64,000 nucleotides of DNA, taken from contig NMRA01000006.1 in NCBI GenBank assembly GCA_002633005.1, positions 1,773,742-1,837,741 on the forward strand, in the 5' to 3' direction. This DNA comes from Phoronis australis. Its lineage: Eukaryota > Animalia > Phoronida. Positions 1 through 13,300 of this stretch are shown here, piece by piece (position 1 is the first letter of the stretch; the number at the start of each line of letters is the position of its first letter). The notes below the pieces were generated by a model. The model saw nothing but the letters and a program-made list of their open reading frames with translations, made no database searches and had not been told where the DNA came from. Both the position numbers and the translations under genes were made by a program.

Positions 1-322
1 GTCGCTAACCGTTATAAAAACAGTCTTATGTTATTCCTTACACAGGTTAGAAATGTTCTCTGTGCTCGGGTAGAACTGGCAATTTGTTATAGTTTCTGAT
101 CAAGCTCATGAAGTTTCAAGTCATGGCCTGAACATTTCAGTTGATAAATCTGAAGTTCGAAATGGTGACACGTTGGATATATCATAAATGAATAACCAAT
201 CAGTTTTGTGTCTGACATATGACAAAAAGGCAATATCATTTTGAAAGCGTAAATATGGCCTGGGGAAGAAAGGTGTTTTTGACACAAGAACATGGTTTAG
301 AGTTGCTTTAAAATCCCGTGAA

Positions 323-466
323 ACCGTGGTCCTTTCTTATGTGAAGAGATCCCATGCAACCGTGGTCCTTGTTTGTGTGAAGAGACCCTTTGCAACCGTT
401 GTTCTTTCTTGTGTGAAGAGATCGCGTTCTACCGCAGCCCTAGTTTGTGTGAAGAGATGGCGTGCG
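323..466. repeat. Minisatellite, 4 x 36 bp
   Basis: Units start at 323, 359, 395 and 431 and share ACCG...TGTGAAGAGA; contiguous, no spacers. Confidence 0.85.
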
Positions 467-1342
467 TCATCCAGTCGGTGGTTACGATTTTTTGTTGGTC
501 GTGTATTGGTTCAGTTCACTTGAATATTAATCTTTCACGATCAGGGGAATGTAAGAGTGCCAAGCTTATTCTGTAGTGCTGTTTGTTTTGGTCAAAATGT
601 CAGTTTGTTATGGTATAAAGTCATTAATTTTGGACATTTTTACACTGTAATCATATGAGTAAACACCCAAGGCATTCAAGTTACGAAACTCAAAAATGTG
701 CATGAGCCAAAAGGACCATTTCACGTCTTCTTGATGAAGGATTGAGTATTTCCCCGCCTGAGTATGTCCAGGTGCTGCAGAAAATGACTGTTTGTTACTT
801 AAAGGAAAACGAGCTGCATACTTGGTCATTTTGGAATCTAAAATTATCGTGAGATGGACGCACGTGTAGACACAGGAAGTTGTGATCATGTAGATTGATA
901 GTGGACATCAATCCAATCATGGGTATTTAAAAGTGAAGATTTACAAATTTCCGAGGTTGACATTAAGCCGAACGTGTGTTTGGTGAATGAGAAACATAAA
1001 GGCTCTTGGAAATTTTTCAAAAAAATTGTTTTACAATGGATAGTTTTCCTTATGAAGGTATTCTCATAATTTGTACCTCCTTTTGTTTACATTTTTAGTG
1101 ATCAGTCCTCTAAGTTTCTTGGAAAGCGTTAAAAATTATTGAATTCCTGCTGTTAGTTAAAATTTCTCCAACAATTGGTAGCAATATGTTGTCTCTGATA
1201 TTTAGTATTCAAGGGTTCTGTTGTACTCTTAAAAGTTCTGCTGATTGATTCATTCGCTGTTGTAAAGCAGGGTTTTCGTAGAAACTGTTCTTATTTTAGT
1301 TATAACAATAAAATGAAAAACATCACCTATGTGTTATTTCAG

Positions 1343-4300
1343 ATGGCGAGTCCAGGCCACCTGTCAAAAAGGAAGGCCCGATGGACGTTTTCCTGCGTAC
1401 TAGCCCGAGAAAGTCGACACAACCCACCAAGCCCACAGCGGCTAGTGCTACTCCTATCAAGAAGAAAGAGATCAGTGCTGCAGATTTCTTTGGGACTTCA
1501 AGTGTGAAACGAGAAGAAAAGAAACCAACAACGTTAAAGAAGAAGGTGATATTGCTGAGATTTCTAGCTGTGATATTTCCTCTTGTGTAGCACCTGGTGT
1601 TTTATTCATGTGATATTGCAGATATTTCTAGCAGTGATATATTATTTTGTATAATGTTTTATATTTATTTGTGACTTTTTAGATTTTTAGCCGTGACTTT
1701 CTGGTGTTCATTTTTATGCGCCCACATATTTATATGTGGACGCATTATGCCGTCATCTCTGTCCATCCGGGCAGCGTCCGTCCGTACGGCGTCCGGCCGG
1801 CGTCTGCTGTTCTAACTCCAAAACCGTTTGACGTATGTTCAGGAAATTTTGAACATGTGTTCCTTTCATGGATGGGACGGCATGAGCAAACTTTCGGACG
1901 GATTTTAGTTTTTTACGCTTACCTCTATATCTTCAAAGGTCTTCAGCGTATTTTCATACAGTTTTGCATGTAGGCATCTATTAGTAAGATGACGCTATGC
2001 TTCCGTTTTCGGATAGATTCGACATAATTTGTGCCACCCAGTGGCCATTTTTACTGTTTTTGAGTCTGTTTTTAGGCATCCACCGCTCTATCAACCAAAC
2101 CGCTCTAAGGATGATTGTGGAAATTGGCATGTATGTTCTTACTATGAAGAGGACGGCTGACGATGATTTTCCGACTATTTCGATGATTGTGGCGCCTCCT
2201 AGTGGCAGCTTTTATCTCCTAAACCGTCAGTAGAATCTTGACTGAATTTAGTAAGTGCATTTGTATGATGTTGACAAAGGACGACGATGACTCTCGGAGG
2301 GATTTGACTACTGGTGTGCCCCCTGGTGGCAATTTTATTTGTTTACATTAACCTCTGTTTGTTCAAAGGTCCTCAACGTATTTTCAAAAAATTTGGCGTA
2401 CAGGCTTCTGTTAGTGTGGTGACGCTATCTTTGTGTTATCAGATGGATTCGACTTAGTTTGCGTCACCTAGTGGCCATTCGTACTGTTTTGAGTCTGTTT
2501 TTTGGCGTCCACCCCTCTATCAACCAAATCGCTTTCATGGCATGTATGTTTTTACTATGAAGTGGACGGCTGACTATGATTTTTCGATGACTTCAGCTAT
2601 TGTGGCGCCTCCTGGTGGCAGTTTCATTTTTTTTGTGCCCATGGCTGTATCTCTTAAACCATTTGCAGGATCTTTACTAAATTTAAAAAGTGTATTTATA
2701 TGATGTTGACAAAGAACAACGACGACTTTCGGACGGATCTGTCTACTGGTGTGCCCCTGGTGGCAATTTTAGATTTTACGTTTGCCTCTGTCTTCAAGGG
2801 TTGTCAACGGATTTTCATAAAATTTCGAATACAGGCGTCTGTTGGTGAGATGATGCTATCCTCCCGTTTTTGGATGGAATCGAGGTATTTTGCGCCACCT
2901 AGAGGCCATTTTTGCTGTTTTCAAGTCTGTTTTTTGGCGTCCACCCCTCTATTAAGCAAATCATTCTAAGGATGGTTTGAAAATTGGCGTTTATGTTCTC
3001 AGTGTGAAGAGGACGGTTGACGATGACGACTTTAACTACTATGGCATCACCAATTTGTTTTACACCGCTGCTGTATCTCCTAAACCTACCGCTGGATATT
3101 TATTAAATTTAGTAGGTGTATTGATATGAAGCTAACAACAGACAATGACGACTTTCAGGTGGATCCATTGAACACTGTTCCCCCTAGTGGCAATTTCATT
3201 TTATTCTGTTTTATTTTGTTTCTCTGAAGTTCTGTGACAGATTTCTATGAAATTTGGTGAATAGCTTTCTAGTAATTAGCTATGACACGTTCCCATTTTC
3301 GGATGGATTGTACGTTTTTGCGCCATCTATTGGCCATTTTTATGACACAAATAAATAACCCTAAAAGCACACCATTTGCAATGCATTCGTGGGTGCATTT
3401 CAACGTTCCGCATTGCTCTTGTTTATATTTTTATTGTATCAGTTGCGATATGACTGAAATTTCTCGAAGTGATGTACTGCTTTTGTAGCACTTAATGATC
3501 TGTTTGTTGTGATAGTTTTGTGATTTCCATCATTGATAGAATCCCTGGTATTTATGTAACCCTTAATACATTATCATCGGTTATGTAACTGAGGTTTCAC
3601 GTCATCATTTTTAACAACTGTTTGCAGACTGACGTGGAAGATGACGTTGAGGAGATTCATGATGACGACGATTTCCAAAAGACACTAGAACAGTTGAATG
3701 AAACAGATGTCTTAAAAGACACTCCAATTAAGAAGGTGCATATTTTAAAGTATCCCGCTGAATCTGCAGAGCCACTTCCATGGCAAGTGATAAAGGCATG
3801 CACCACTGCCTTTGCTAGTACTGTATCAGCTAACAAAGTCTTCTCTAGGGTCCATGTCTGGCCAAACAATTCTATGATGTAACACAGTTTTCTCTCCGAA
3901 ACTCGCAATAAATTTTATAGCCTTTAACTACTGTGAACAAGGGGAAGGGGACATGGGTTTATTGACGAAAAAATGAAAATGCAGAGTAGCAAATGTTTAA
4001 AGTTTCCAGCAAAACATTCCGTTCAAAATTAGGTTAAAGTAGCTCTTCGGGATAAGATTATGTTTTGTGGGAGAAGATCGTATATGAAGCTATTGCAATA
4101 AAATGCATCTCCACAAGTTCATTTATTGTGAGAACATTTAATTCAGTGAAGTGTGTTCATCTTTTGGGGTACTGCTATGATTTGATCTGTCATTGTCATT
4201 AGAGTTTTGACCAGACATAACAGAGCCTTTGCTATTCCTCCCATTAGCCTTATTGCTGTGGATAATTTGTTTGAGTTATCCAATGAGGTGGGTCCAGCTA

Positions 4301-7300
4301 GGCTAGATGTCAACAGTTCATACTCTAATGATGAAAACACATCAGCCCACGTGACATAACTTGTTCTGGTAATAGACTGGGTGTGACTAGATAGCCACAA
4401 GTTAGTCTCTAGGTCAGTCTCGACTGTCTTCACCCAGCAGGATAATTCTGGTTTTGTTGTTGTGTTTGCGAGTCTGGCAACTCAATAGTTTCTCTGCCTT
4501 TAAAAGCTGAAATTGTGGTTGTTTTAGAGAAAAGGTGAGGATGAACTCATCATTGAAGATACTCCTGACAGGAAAAGGCCCAAACGAAGTTGTACAACTC
4601 CTGTAAAGATAATCGCCGAAACCCCAAAAGTGTCACCTAAAGTAAGTTTATGAGTATTGTGTCGAAAGTTATGTTCATTAGAATACTTGGTAACCCATTT
4701 TGGTTGTGTTAGTGAAGAAGGTCATTTCATTTGATGTGGATTGTTAGGACAATAAGATAAGACTGACAATTCTTCTTAAAGTCACGTGGGGGAGAAAAGT
4801 GGTTTTCTTAGAATGGCTCCTGCGTAGATTCGGTCCACGAATCTTAGCGGTTGCAACCAAACGCTTTACTGACTGAGCTAAACATCGCTCGATAAATGAC
4901 GAGGTAATTGGAAGCGTATTTAACCAGGCTTGATTTCGGTAAATGCCTGACAGACGACAGCAATAATTGGTGTGTTCAATTTCACACTTGCGGAATTACT
5001 TCTACGATAGCCATTTCACAGGCAAAAGTCAAATAAAACAACTGGTGTAATGTAGGTAACATACTGTTTGTGAGTTTCAGCTATGCGGGTTGTATTAACC
5101 ATGTTTTGGAACCTGGAAATCTTTGTAGAGCTAAATGTCCTGACTATCATATGTTATGGGGTGTTGTTTATTCACAGCATAAGTGATTCAAAGGATTAAC
5201 CCGGATGCATTCAGTATTTATTCAGTATTTAAAGTGTCTAAAAATTGTTTTTAATCTTGTAGAAAACCCCTGTCAAGTCAAAGCAGAAGACACCAGTCAA
5301 GACAGATCCTAAAGATAAACAACCAACGCCTGTGAAGACTTTGTCTGTGCAGTCGCCTGCCAAGCGTACCAGTGTCAAATCGGAGGAAACGGTGTCCAAA
5401 CAGACCCCCTCTAAATCTCATGATCCTGCGGTAAGTTGCGTCAGTGTTGATGTGCTTTTCAAAACACGTACACTCGATTCGTTTTCGAGCGAGCAAACAT
5501 TATGATGTCAATAGTTCTCGGTGATTTGCCTGTTGTACTTGATGTGTAGTATAGTACAGGACAAAAGGAAACGGACAAAATACCATTTTCTCCTCATGAC
5601 TCATGACGGCTAATTATGGTAGCAGCAAAAATGACTGGTAATGACTTTCATATCGGCAAAATTCTACTTACAGAATGACTTAGCTACCTTTCTACCTTTT
5701 CTGTTAATTTTTGATCATGAGGGAAGACACCGGGTTTTCCCGCGTTTCGCACTAATTTTTTTGTTTTAGTTGTCTGGTTAGTGGCTGGATGTAGTTTTCT
5801 TTGTGTGTGTGGGTGATCAGTTACTTATCTATGATGTTTTCTTCATGATTACCCTTTATGGATCTTCCCTGAATATGTCTCGTGAGAGACAAAGTGCGGG
5901 ACAGCTGAATTGTTTATATTCTCGTTATGTGATTTGAATATGAAGCCTGTAATATTTACTTTTTGTGCTTTCCTAACTGCTATGAGCCTGGGTCATCGTT
6001 TTCATCAACTAGCACCTGATGCGAGATCAGCCTACTGCCAATTAGAACATTTATTTAATAAGGCCATTAAAAACAAATGGAACGTCATGCTCAACAAAAC
6101 TCATCTCAACATTTCAAAGCATATTCTGACTCTCAAACTCCTCTCCCTGTGTCAGTTTGTAAATTTTGATAATGTAGGAGGGTCCTATAGCAGGTAATGT
6201 GTTGTTACGTGTTCAGGTCCACATTCTGTGTTGCCAGGTACCCACAGACAGTGTGGAAAAACCAAAAGGAAGTGCCTACAGGGGATACTTGACTCGAGGA
6301 GGTCCCACGGCCTTGGGGTCAAAAGAGATACCCACAGTAAGTTTGTGTAATTTGAATGTTGGATTCTACCTGACAAGTAAGCCACTGGGTGGCATTGTTA
6401 CATGCCTGCATCATATAGTTCACGGCAACAAATGGAAAAGTGTCCATTTTCTTAAAGGAGACGGGCAAACTTGAAAACTTAATTCACAAAGAGCCTGTCG
6501 ATCGCTAACCGGTCTCTCGTGTTTTTAGCTCAGTTGTTTTGTGCAGTGGGCCAACCATGAGGCCTTCACACATCTGATTCACCACAAATGATATCGGACC
6601 ACCTGCACGTTTTTTGTATTATCCTGACAATGATCATATTATCTATTGCTTACGGTGTATATGACACTTTTGACTATTGAATTTATTTGTAACTTAGACC
6701 AAGAGTTCTGTATAGAATATATGTTGTTGCAACAACTCGTTAATAAGCTTTTTGTAATGCGTCATTAATAAAACTGTCACAAGCATAACATTAATCACCA
6801 GGTTTTGAAAATAGTTTAGTATTGCTTGCTTCAACTAGTAAATTAATCTTTTTGTCAGGGTCAGGAAAATTGTATGGAAGGTCTAACTTTTGTCATCACT
6901 GGTGTTCTCGACTCGATTGAGCGAGATGAAGCTCGCAGTCAGATTGAGCGATACGGAGGTAAGGTGACAGGATCCATTAGCAAAAAGACCAGCTATGTTG
7001 TCGTCGGTCGGGAGGCCGGTGAGAGCAAGTTAGCTAAAGCAAAACAGTTTGGTACCAAGGAAATCGACGAAGATGGCCTGTTTGAGTTGATCAAGACTCT
7101 ACCTGGGAAAAAATCAAAATACGAGATTCAAGCAGAGGAGGCTGCCGCCAAGGTATACTGCATTCCACTCTATTTAGCTGACTAAAAAAACAAATACTAA
7201 ATAAGGCCTTCTGCTTTCGTAAAATTGGTCTCATAATTCTCCTTACGATGGTAGGGTTCTATTTCAGTTAGCAACTCAAGTGACAGGCAATGTGTAGACT

Positions 7301-10300
7301 TCCCATTTTGGAATTTGCAGTTTTGGGGTTCACCAATGCTTACAAATTCTGAAGTATTTTCTTAATGAGTGGCTGGTGGTTTGGATGTTTTTGTTGATAA
7401 CGGAAATAAAATCCTTTCACGGAATGGAATATTACTAGACTGATTTTATAGGGATAAAAGGCCTAATTTGAACCTCATTTTTAGCCAGCTAAACAGAGTG
7501 AAATACATCTTTGATTTGAGTGGTTAATTTACTCTTTGTTTCTGGAATGACTTAAAAAACATATTTTACAATCTGATAGTTTTGAGCGAATACTGGAGAA
7601 TGAAAATGCTTAACCTTAATCCCCTAAGATTTAGTATGTTGCATTTCTGGAAACAAACGTGGAAGACCGCATTATGTCTGGCACCTGACACGTTATGTTG
7701 CAAAATGAATTTGTGACATTGGGACTTAATGGCTGTTCAGTAGTTGTCCAAATCAAGTTTTTGACGAAAGACTAGTTCATGTGAGCTTGAATATGGAGAA
7801 AAAAAGAAAAGTTCTCATACTTCTGTCACGGTGTTTTTGGGACTTGCTGTATCAACCTCCATGTATTTTGCACTGTCGTACAGTCATCTGTTTGAAACTA
7901 ACTGATTGAAATGTCTAAATCGCACTTTTTGCAAACAGGAGAAAGCATCAAAACCTGCTACATCAAAATATTTCAACACAAATTCGAGTAAAGTCAAATC
8001 TGAAGACAAGACCCAGAAAACGGAGACTGTGTCATCCTCTAGTCAGGCAACAAAATCACCTGGTGCTGCCTTCGGTGGAGCTGATGAGGAGGCACTGTTG
8101 TGGGTGGATAAGTTCAAGCCGCAGTCGATGAAGCAGATCATCGGTCAACAGGGAGACAAAAGTAATGCCAAGAAACTGCTACGCTGGCTCACCAGTTGGC
8201 ATGCCAATAATTGGGGTCAAAAGGCAAAAGCCAAAGGTTAGTTTTGTTGTAGATTTTGAAACGGCTGTAGCCATTTTCTGTCATGTGCAAACCATACAAT
8301 TTTCGTGGTTCCCCTCCCCCAAAATGTACAGGAAATATTTGGTATTTCCTGTCATAAGTTGATCTTAGATCACATGTGTTTGTATGGCATCAGTGATGTG
8401 GTTTGTCTTTAGTACATCAGTGTGGCAAAATAAAACAAAATTGTTTTCAAACAATCCTTCGTGTATTTTGTTTCGTTTGAAACTGGCAAAGACTGTTAAT
8501 TTTTGTGTCATATTTTCAACTATTTGAAAAACCATCCAAGCGGCTATAAACTGCCTTTTGTCAAAAAATTAACTTTGGATTTGGGCACTTACAATTATTA
8601 ATGTTGTCTTAACATGGTCTTTTCTCAGATAAGACTTGATTTCTGGACATGGTCAGAACTGACACTTTTCTATTGCTTGAAATTGGGCTTGATAATGAGC
8701 TTTGTCTCCAGCATTACCAAAATATCAGTTCTTCCCTTTCCCAGAAATCATTCCTCGTCCTAGTAAAGAACATGTTGTGACCATTTTTATTGGGGAAGTA
8801 CCCTTAATAGAAAGCTAGTTTCTTTGACATTCAAAAACTGTTATATTGCCAGCAAATAAAGCATTGAATTTGTTTTCTTTTCACATCTGCATGATGTCAA
8901 AGCATGTGCTAGCAACAAACCTTGACCCCATCCCAAAAAAGTGTATTTGTGTACCTGAAAATGATCATAGTTTTATACAAACCTTCAGTTGATTTTTATC
9001 GGTTTTTCACGGTGACGTCATATTTACCTGTACTCACGAAATTAACTTTTTGAAAATGACATCATAACCAACTACACCAGCTCCACCTTATGGTTAATCA
9101 TTATCAACAGAATGCTGAGTGTCCTCGTGGAAGTATTAATGCATGCCGTCTTTCTGCATTAAGTTCAAGAGGTATTGCTTTTTCACACTTGGTCGGTATC
9201 GGGGGGGAAAGCGAGAAGCCACGTTCACATGATGAGCAAACCAGAATGTGCTCTATCTTATCTTAGTGGAAATTTCTGGAAATAGTCTGCCTCTGTTGGT
9301 CACTTGGCAACACAAGTTGAAAATCTCCTTTGAATTAGTTAGCATTAGACATGGGTGACTTGGTGGAAGTGCATCCTCTCAACTGGTTTCATTGAGAATG
9401 GAATTGCCAAATTGTTTCTGTATGGATAGTTTTAGGTCATATGTCTTCTAAGTGCTCAGATCGAGAAATCTTTGAAAAATGTTTTCTATGTAAAATTTGC
9501 CTGCGTTGGAGGTGCGTGTGAGACTTTTAATGTTGGTTCCCTGTTCACCCTAATCCACTTCTTCTCATTTCGTTGACCCGTGCCAGCAACCAGACGTAAA
9601 CCCTTGTTGTAGAATCTCATCCTTCAACCCTGGTTGTTGAAATCTACACCCTTGGAGATCACTTTTTTACTTGATATCACTTTGATTGAATAGTCGAAAC
9701 AAAGTCTATTCTTATTGGACTCTTCAGCAAATTTTTTTACATTTAGTCTTTCAGTACATAGTTTTGGATGTTGGTTTATTTGCATCATGTTCTTGCTGTT
9801 ATGTCTGCCTATATACAGTGCATGCGAAAACTTGGACAAAATGACAGAAAAGTAACTGTTATGATGACATTGTAAGTGGATTTGCTTGGCGGGTTTCCTA
9901 AATACTAGCGGAATTCAGTTTGTGAGGTTGGTCTGATTGGTTATTATCCGTTATGTTAGGGAAATGTAATTTTTATCATTTTGTTTTTGGCGTGTACTGC
10001 ATATTACAGACATCTCAGTTTTGTCTTCTGGCATCCGCTTCTCTCTATTATATGAACTGCTGTGGAGATCCATTGTATTTCTCTTTAAGTGTACGCTAAA
10101 ATAGAGCTGCTCAACTGGCACAACAATATAACACCGAGCTGGGCAATCAGCCAATTACCATGATCTTTTCAGATAGCCAGGCAGCAATAAAAGCCCTAAG
10201 GAAACCAAGGGCCTACTCTCCTTGTGTTAATGCTTGTCTTAATGTTTTTAACAAGCTTGCAATTGAAAGAACCGTCAATGTGCACTGGGTCAGGGCCCAT

Positions 10301-13300
10301 GTGGGAATTGATGGCAATGAGAATGCAGACAAACTCGCAAAGATAGGAGCAAGCATTCTGCACTTTGTGCCTGAACCTGCTATCCGTGTATCCTACGAAT
10401 GCTGCAAGATGAGTGTATGGAACTGGGTACATACCCAGTCAGCAGCCCAGTGGGCATCACTTAACTCTTGCAGAGAGACCAAGGAGAATTTTCCCAACCT
10501 GATCAAACCAAAAGGTTCAAAAAATTTGAGTCTATACAGATTGGGCGTAAGACAGGTCATTCAAATTTTGGCGGGCCTCTGTAACCTAGCCCCGACACAG
10601 ACATATTACTGGGCATATGGGGAGCCCAGTGTGTCCCGAGTGTGGTACTGACGTAGAATCCCCTAAACACCTGGTAGAGTCTTGCCCAGCTTTTTATATA
10701 GGCAACCTACTGGATGGCACTGTTACATGCTTACAACGACTTACAGTGGATGGCAACAAATGGAAATATCTGTCCGTTTCCTTAAAGGAGACTGGTAGAT
10801 TTGAAAACTTCCTTCACGAAGAACCAAAATGGGGCTCTCGTGCTTAAGCTCAGGTGTTTTGTGCAATGGGCCAAACCATGGGGCCTGCGCACGTCTGATG
10901 CACCGCAAATGACATCAGGCCACCTGCACTGTTTTGTTTTAAGATAGTGAAGGAGGTATATTGCTGTGATTGGGTCCTGTGGATGTTGGCTATAACGTTT
11001 ATGCTAGAGTTTTATGATTATTGACAAACAGTTGCCACTGTACACATTGTGTCCGTTACTCTGTAATGGTGTTGTGAGAAAAGGAATGAAATGCAGTGTG
11101 AGTGTGTCTACTTGTTAATAAACACGATTAATGGAACTATAACATTAACATTGTGCATAAAAAAATTAAAAGTTCAAATTTCTGTCAGCTCTCATTGTGC
11201 AATTATGTAGTAGTCTTTTGTCAAAAATGAATAAGTAAGTGAAGTCATAGTTACAAGATAATTGCCATTACGTAATTTATGCTGGTCAGCAGACAGTGGC
11301 CTGTGCTTGATTCTAAAATTTCAATCGAGGTATACTGAATTTTTTTTAAGTAAAGGCTAAAAGTTGAAGTATAACCCTTGTGAACAAAACCATACAAGTT
11401 ATGGCTGGATGAGGTGATGTGATTTTCAACACTAAGGAATTCTAAAGCGTGCTGTTTGTAATTTTAGAATGTTTTCTTTTACCTTTAGCCTATTAACAAG
11501 GAGTGGTCTAAACAGCTGTTTATCTTCTATTGAGATAACAAATGACTGAGGTAAATTGTTTTAGCACCTCAGGTATTGGCCTCGTGGCTTAGTTGGTTAA
11601 AGCGCCTGTCTAGTACTATGAGTTGGCTAGATTAGGAAACAGGAGATCGCGTGTTCGAATCACGCCGAGGCCTACTTTTTATTTTTGAATTTTCCCGTGT
11701 TTTTCATTGAGGAATCTAGTTGACAATAATTATGTTAACGTATTATGCTCATAGAGGTCACTTTCATCATGGTTAGCAGTAAATGTTTTTTTTATATTAT
11801 TCGATGGACGTAGCAATTTACGCGAAAAAATCAAATGTTCAGTTTGCGATTCTGAAAGCACATCTAGGGATAGTGCCCTTAATCGTGCAAAGTCAAATAT
11901 TTTAAATAGTGTAGTACATAATTTCAATTATTAAAATACCTGCATCCATAAAATGTTGACCCATGTTAAAATCACTATTTTACCACTTGGAGTCATTAAT
12001 TGCAAAGGAAATCCCAGTCTTGATTTGTGGTAAAAAAAATTTATCTAGTATTTAGGCCTGACCATGCGAGTCATTTTGGGGAATTTTTCCAGAGTATTTT
12101 CCGGTAAATTTTTGTCGAGTGAGCAAAAGTAATCTACAATTTCTTTCATTTGTGCAAAACACTTGTAAAGTAACGGGAAAAATACAAAATGGCTGTCACA
12201 AATGAGCCATATGTATAATTGCAGTTTGTCATGGTTAGATATATCATATCAAGAGGGATGAATTTACCCAATATTTTGTTCTAATAATCAGCTTTTCAAA
12301 TTCCCCTTGCTTGACATATTCTATTCAAGCAAGACTGTACTTGCCTCTGTACATTACATTCTTATTGGAAGACATTTTCTCAACTGATCAGATTTTCCTA
12401 TTCCTCAGGTTATTTAGATAACAAATGAGAATGAGATGTTCTTGGATTGAATAATGATAAATCATCCATTGATACGAGTTTTTGTGCCCCCACAAAAAAT
12501 TATGGTCGCGTAGTCACGATCCCAATCGTATTCTGTTGTCTTTCTTTGTCAGTTGATTGTCCATTCATAATTATCAAAGCAGCTTGACAGATAATGACAA
12601 AACTTGACACTGAGTTGTAAGATGCACATGTATCAGTTGATTATCGCACAGATATAACTGCAGCAGGACCCCCTGTTGGCCATTTCAGTTTGAGTGTACA
12701 ATGTTATTGAATTCGCTGGGTTTTGATGGAACTTAATTCTAGGACTGAGATGTGATGGCACCAATTGTTTATCGGACAGATTGGACCACCATTGCACCCT
12801 GTGTTGGCCATTTTGTTTTTTAACAGATTTGTTGTTTTTTGGTGTTGTTGAGGACTGAGATGTGATGGCACCAATTGTTTATCGGACAGATTGGACCACC
12901 ATTGCACCCTGTGTTGGCCATTTTAGTTTTTAACAGATTTGTTGTTTTTTTGGTGTTGTTGAAATTTTTTTGACTGGTCCATTACAGAAGGGTGTACATC
13001 TGCAATGTGCAGTACCACTCTATTTCCAGCTTTGATATCATAGTGGCAAAATGAGTATGTTATACCGTATTACATCAATTTAACAAACACCCTTAGAAGC
13101 ATACTTGTAGTGGTGTAGTTGTGCATTTCAATGCCTTGCATTGATCGTTTTTCTTGCCCATCCTAAATTAAGGATTAGTGTGAATCCATCTAGCACCCGT
13201 TTCATGAAGAGTGACTTACGACTTCAGACAGAAATTTAGCCTTATGCTTCCACAATTTCTGATTAAAAGTTTACTCAAGTAATTATGACTTATGAGCGCA

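Noticed and set aside
323-466. 36-bp periodic repeat resembling a CRISPR repeat length
   Set aside because: Units are contiguous with no unique spacers, there are no cas genes, and the context is a eukaryotic intron; it is a minisatellite.
1704-3488. Several 60-150 aa ORFs inside the two Helentron-type repeats (also 19787-21410)
   Set aside because: Chance ORFs in non-coding tandem repeats, with no protein motifs and no frame conservation between copies.
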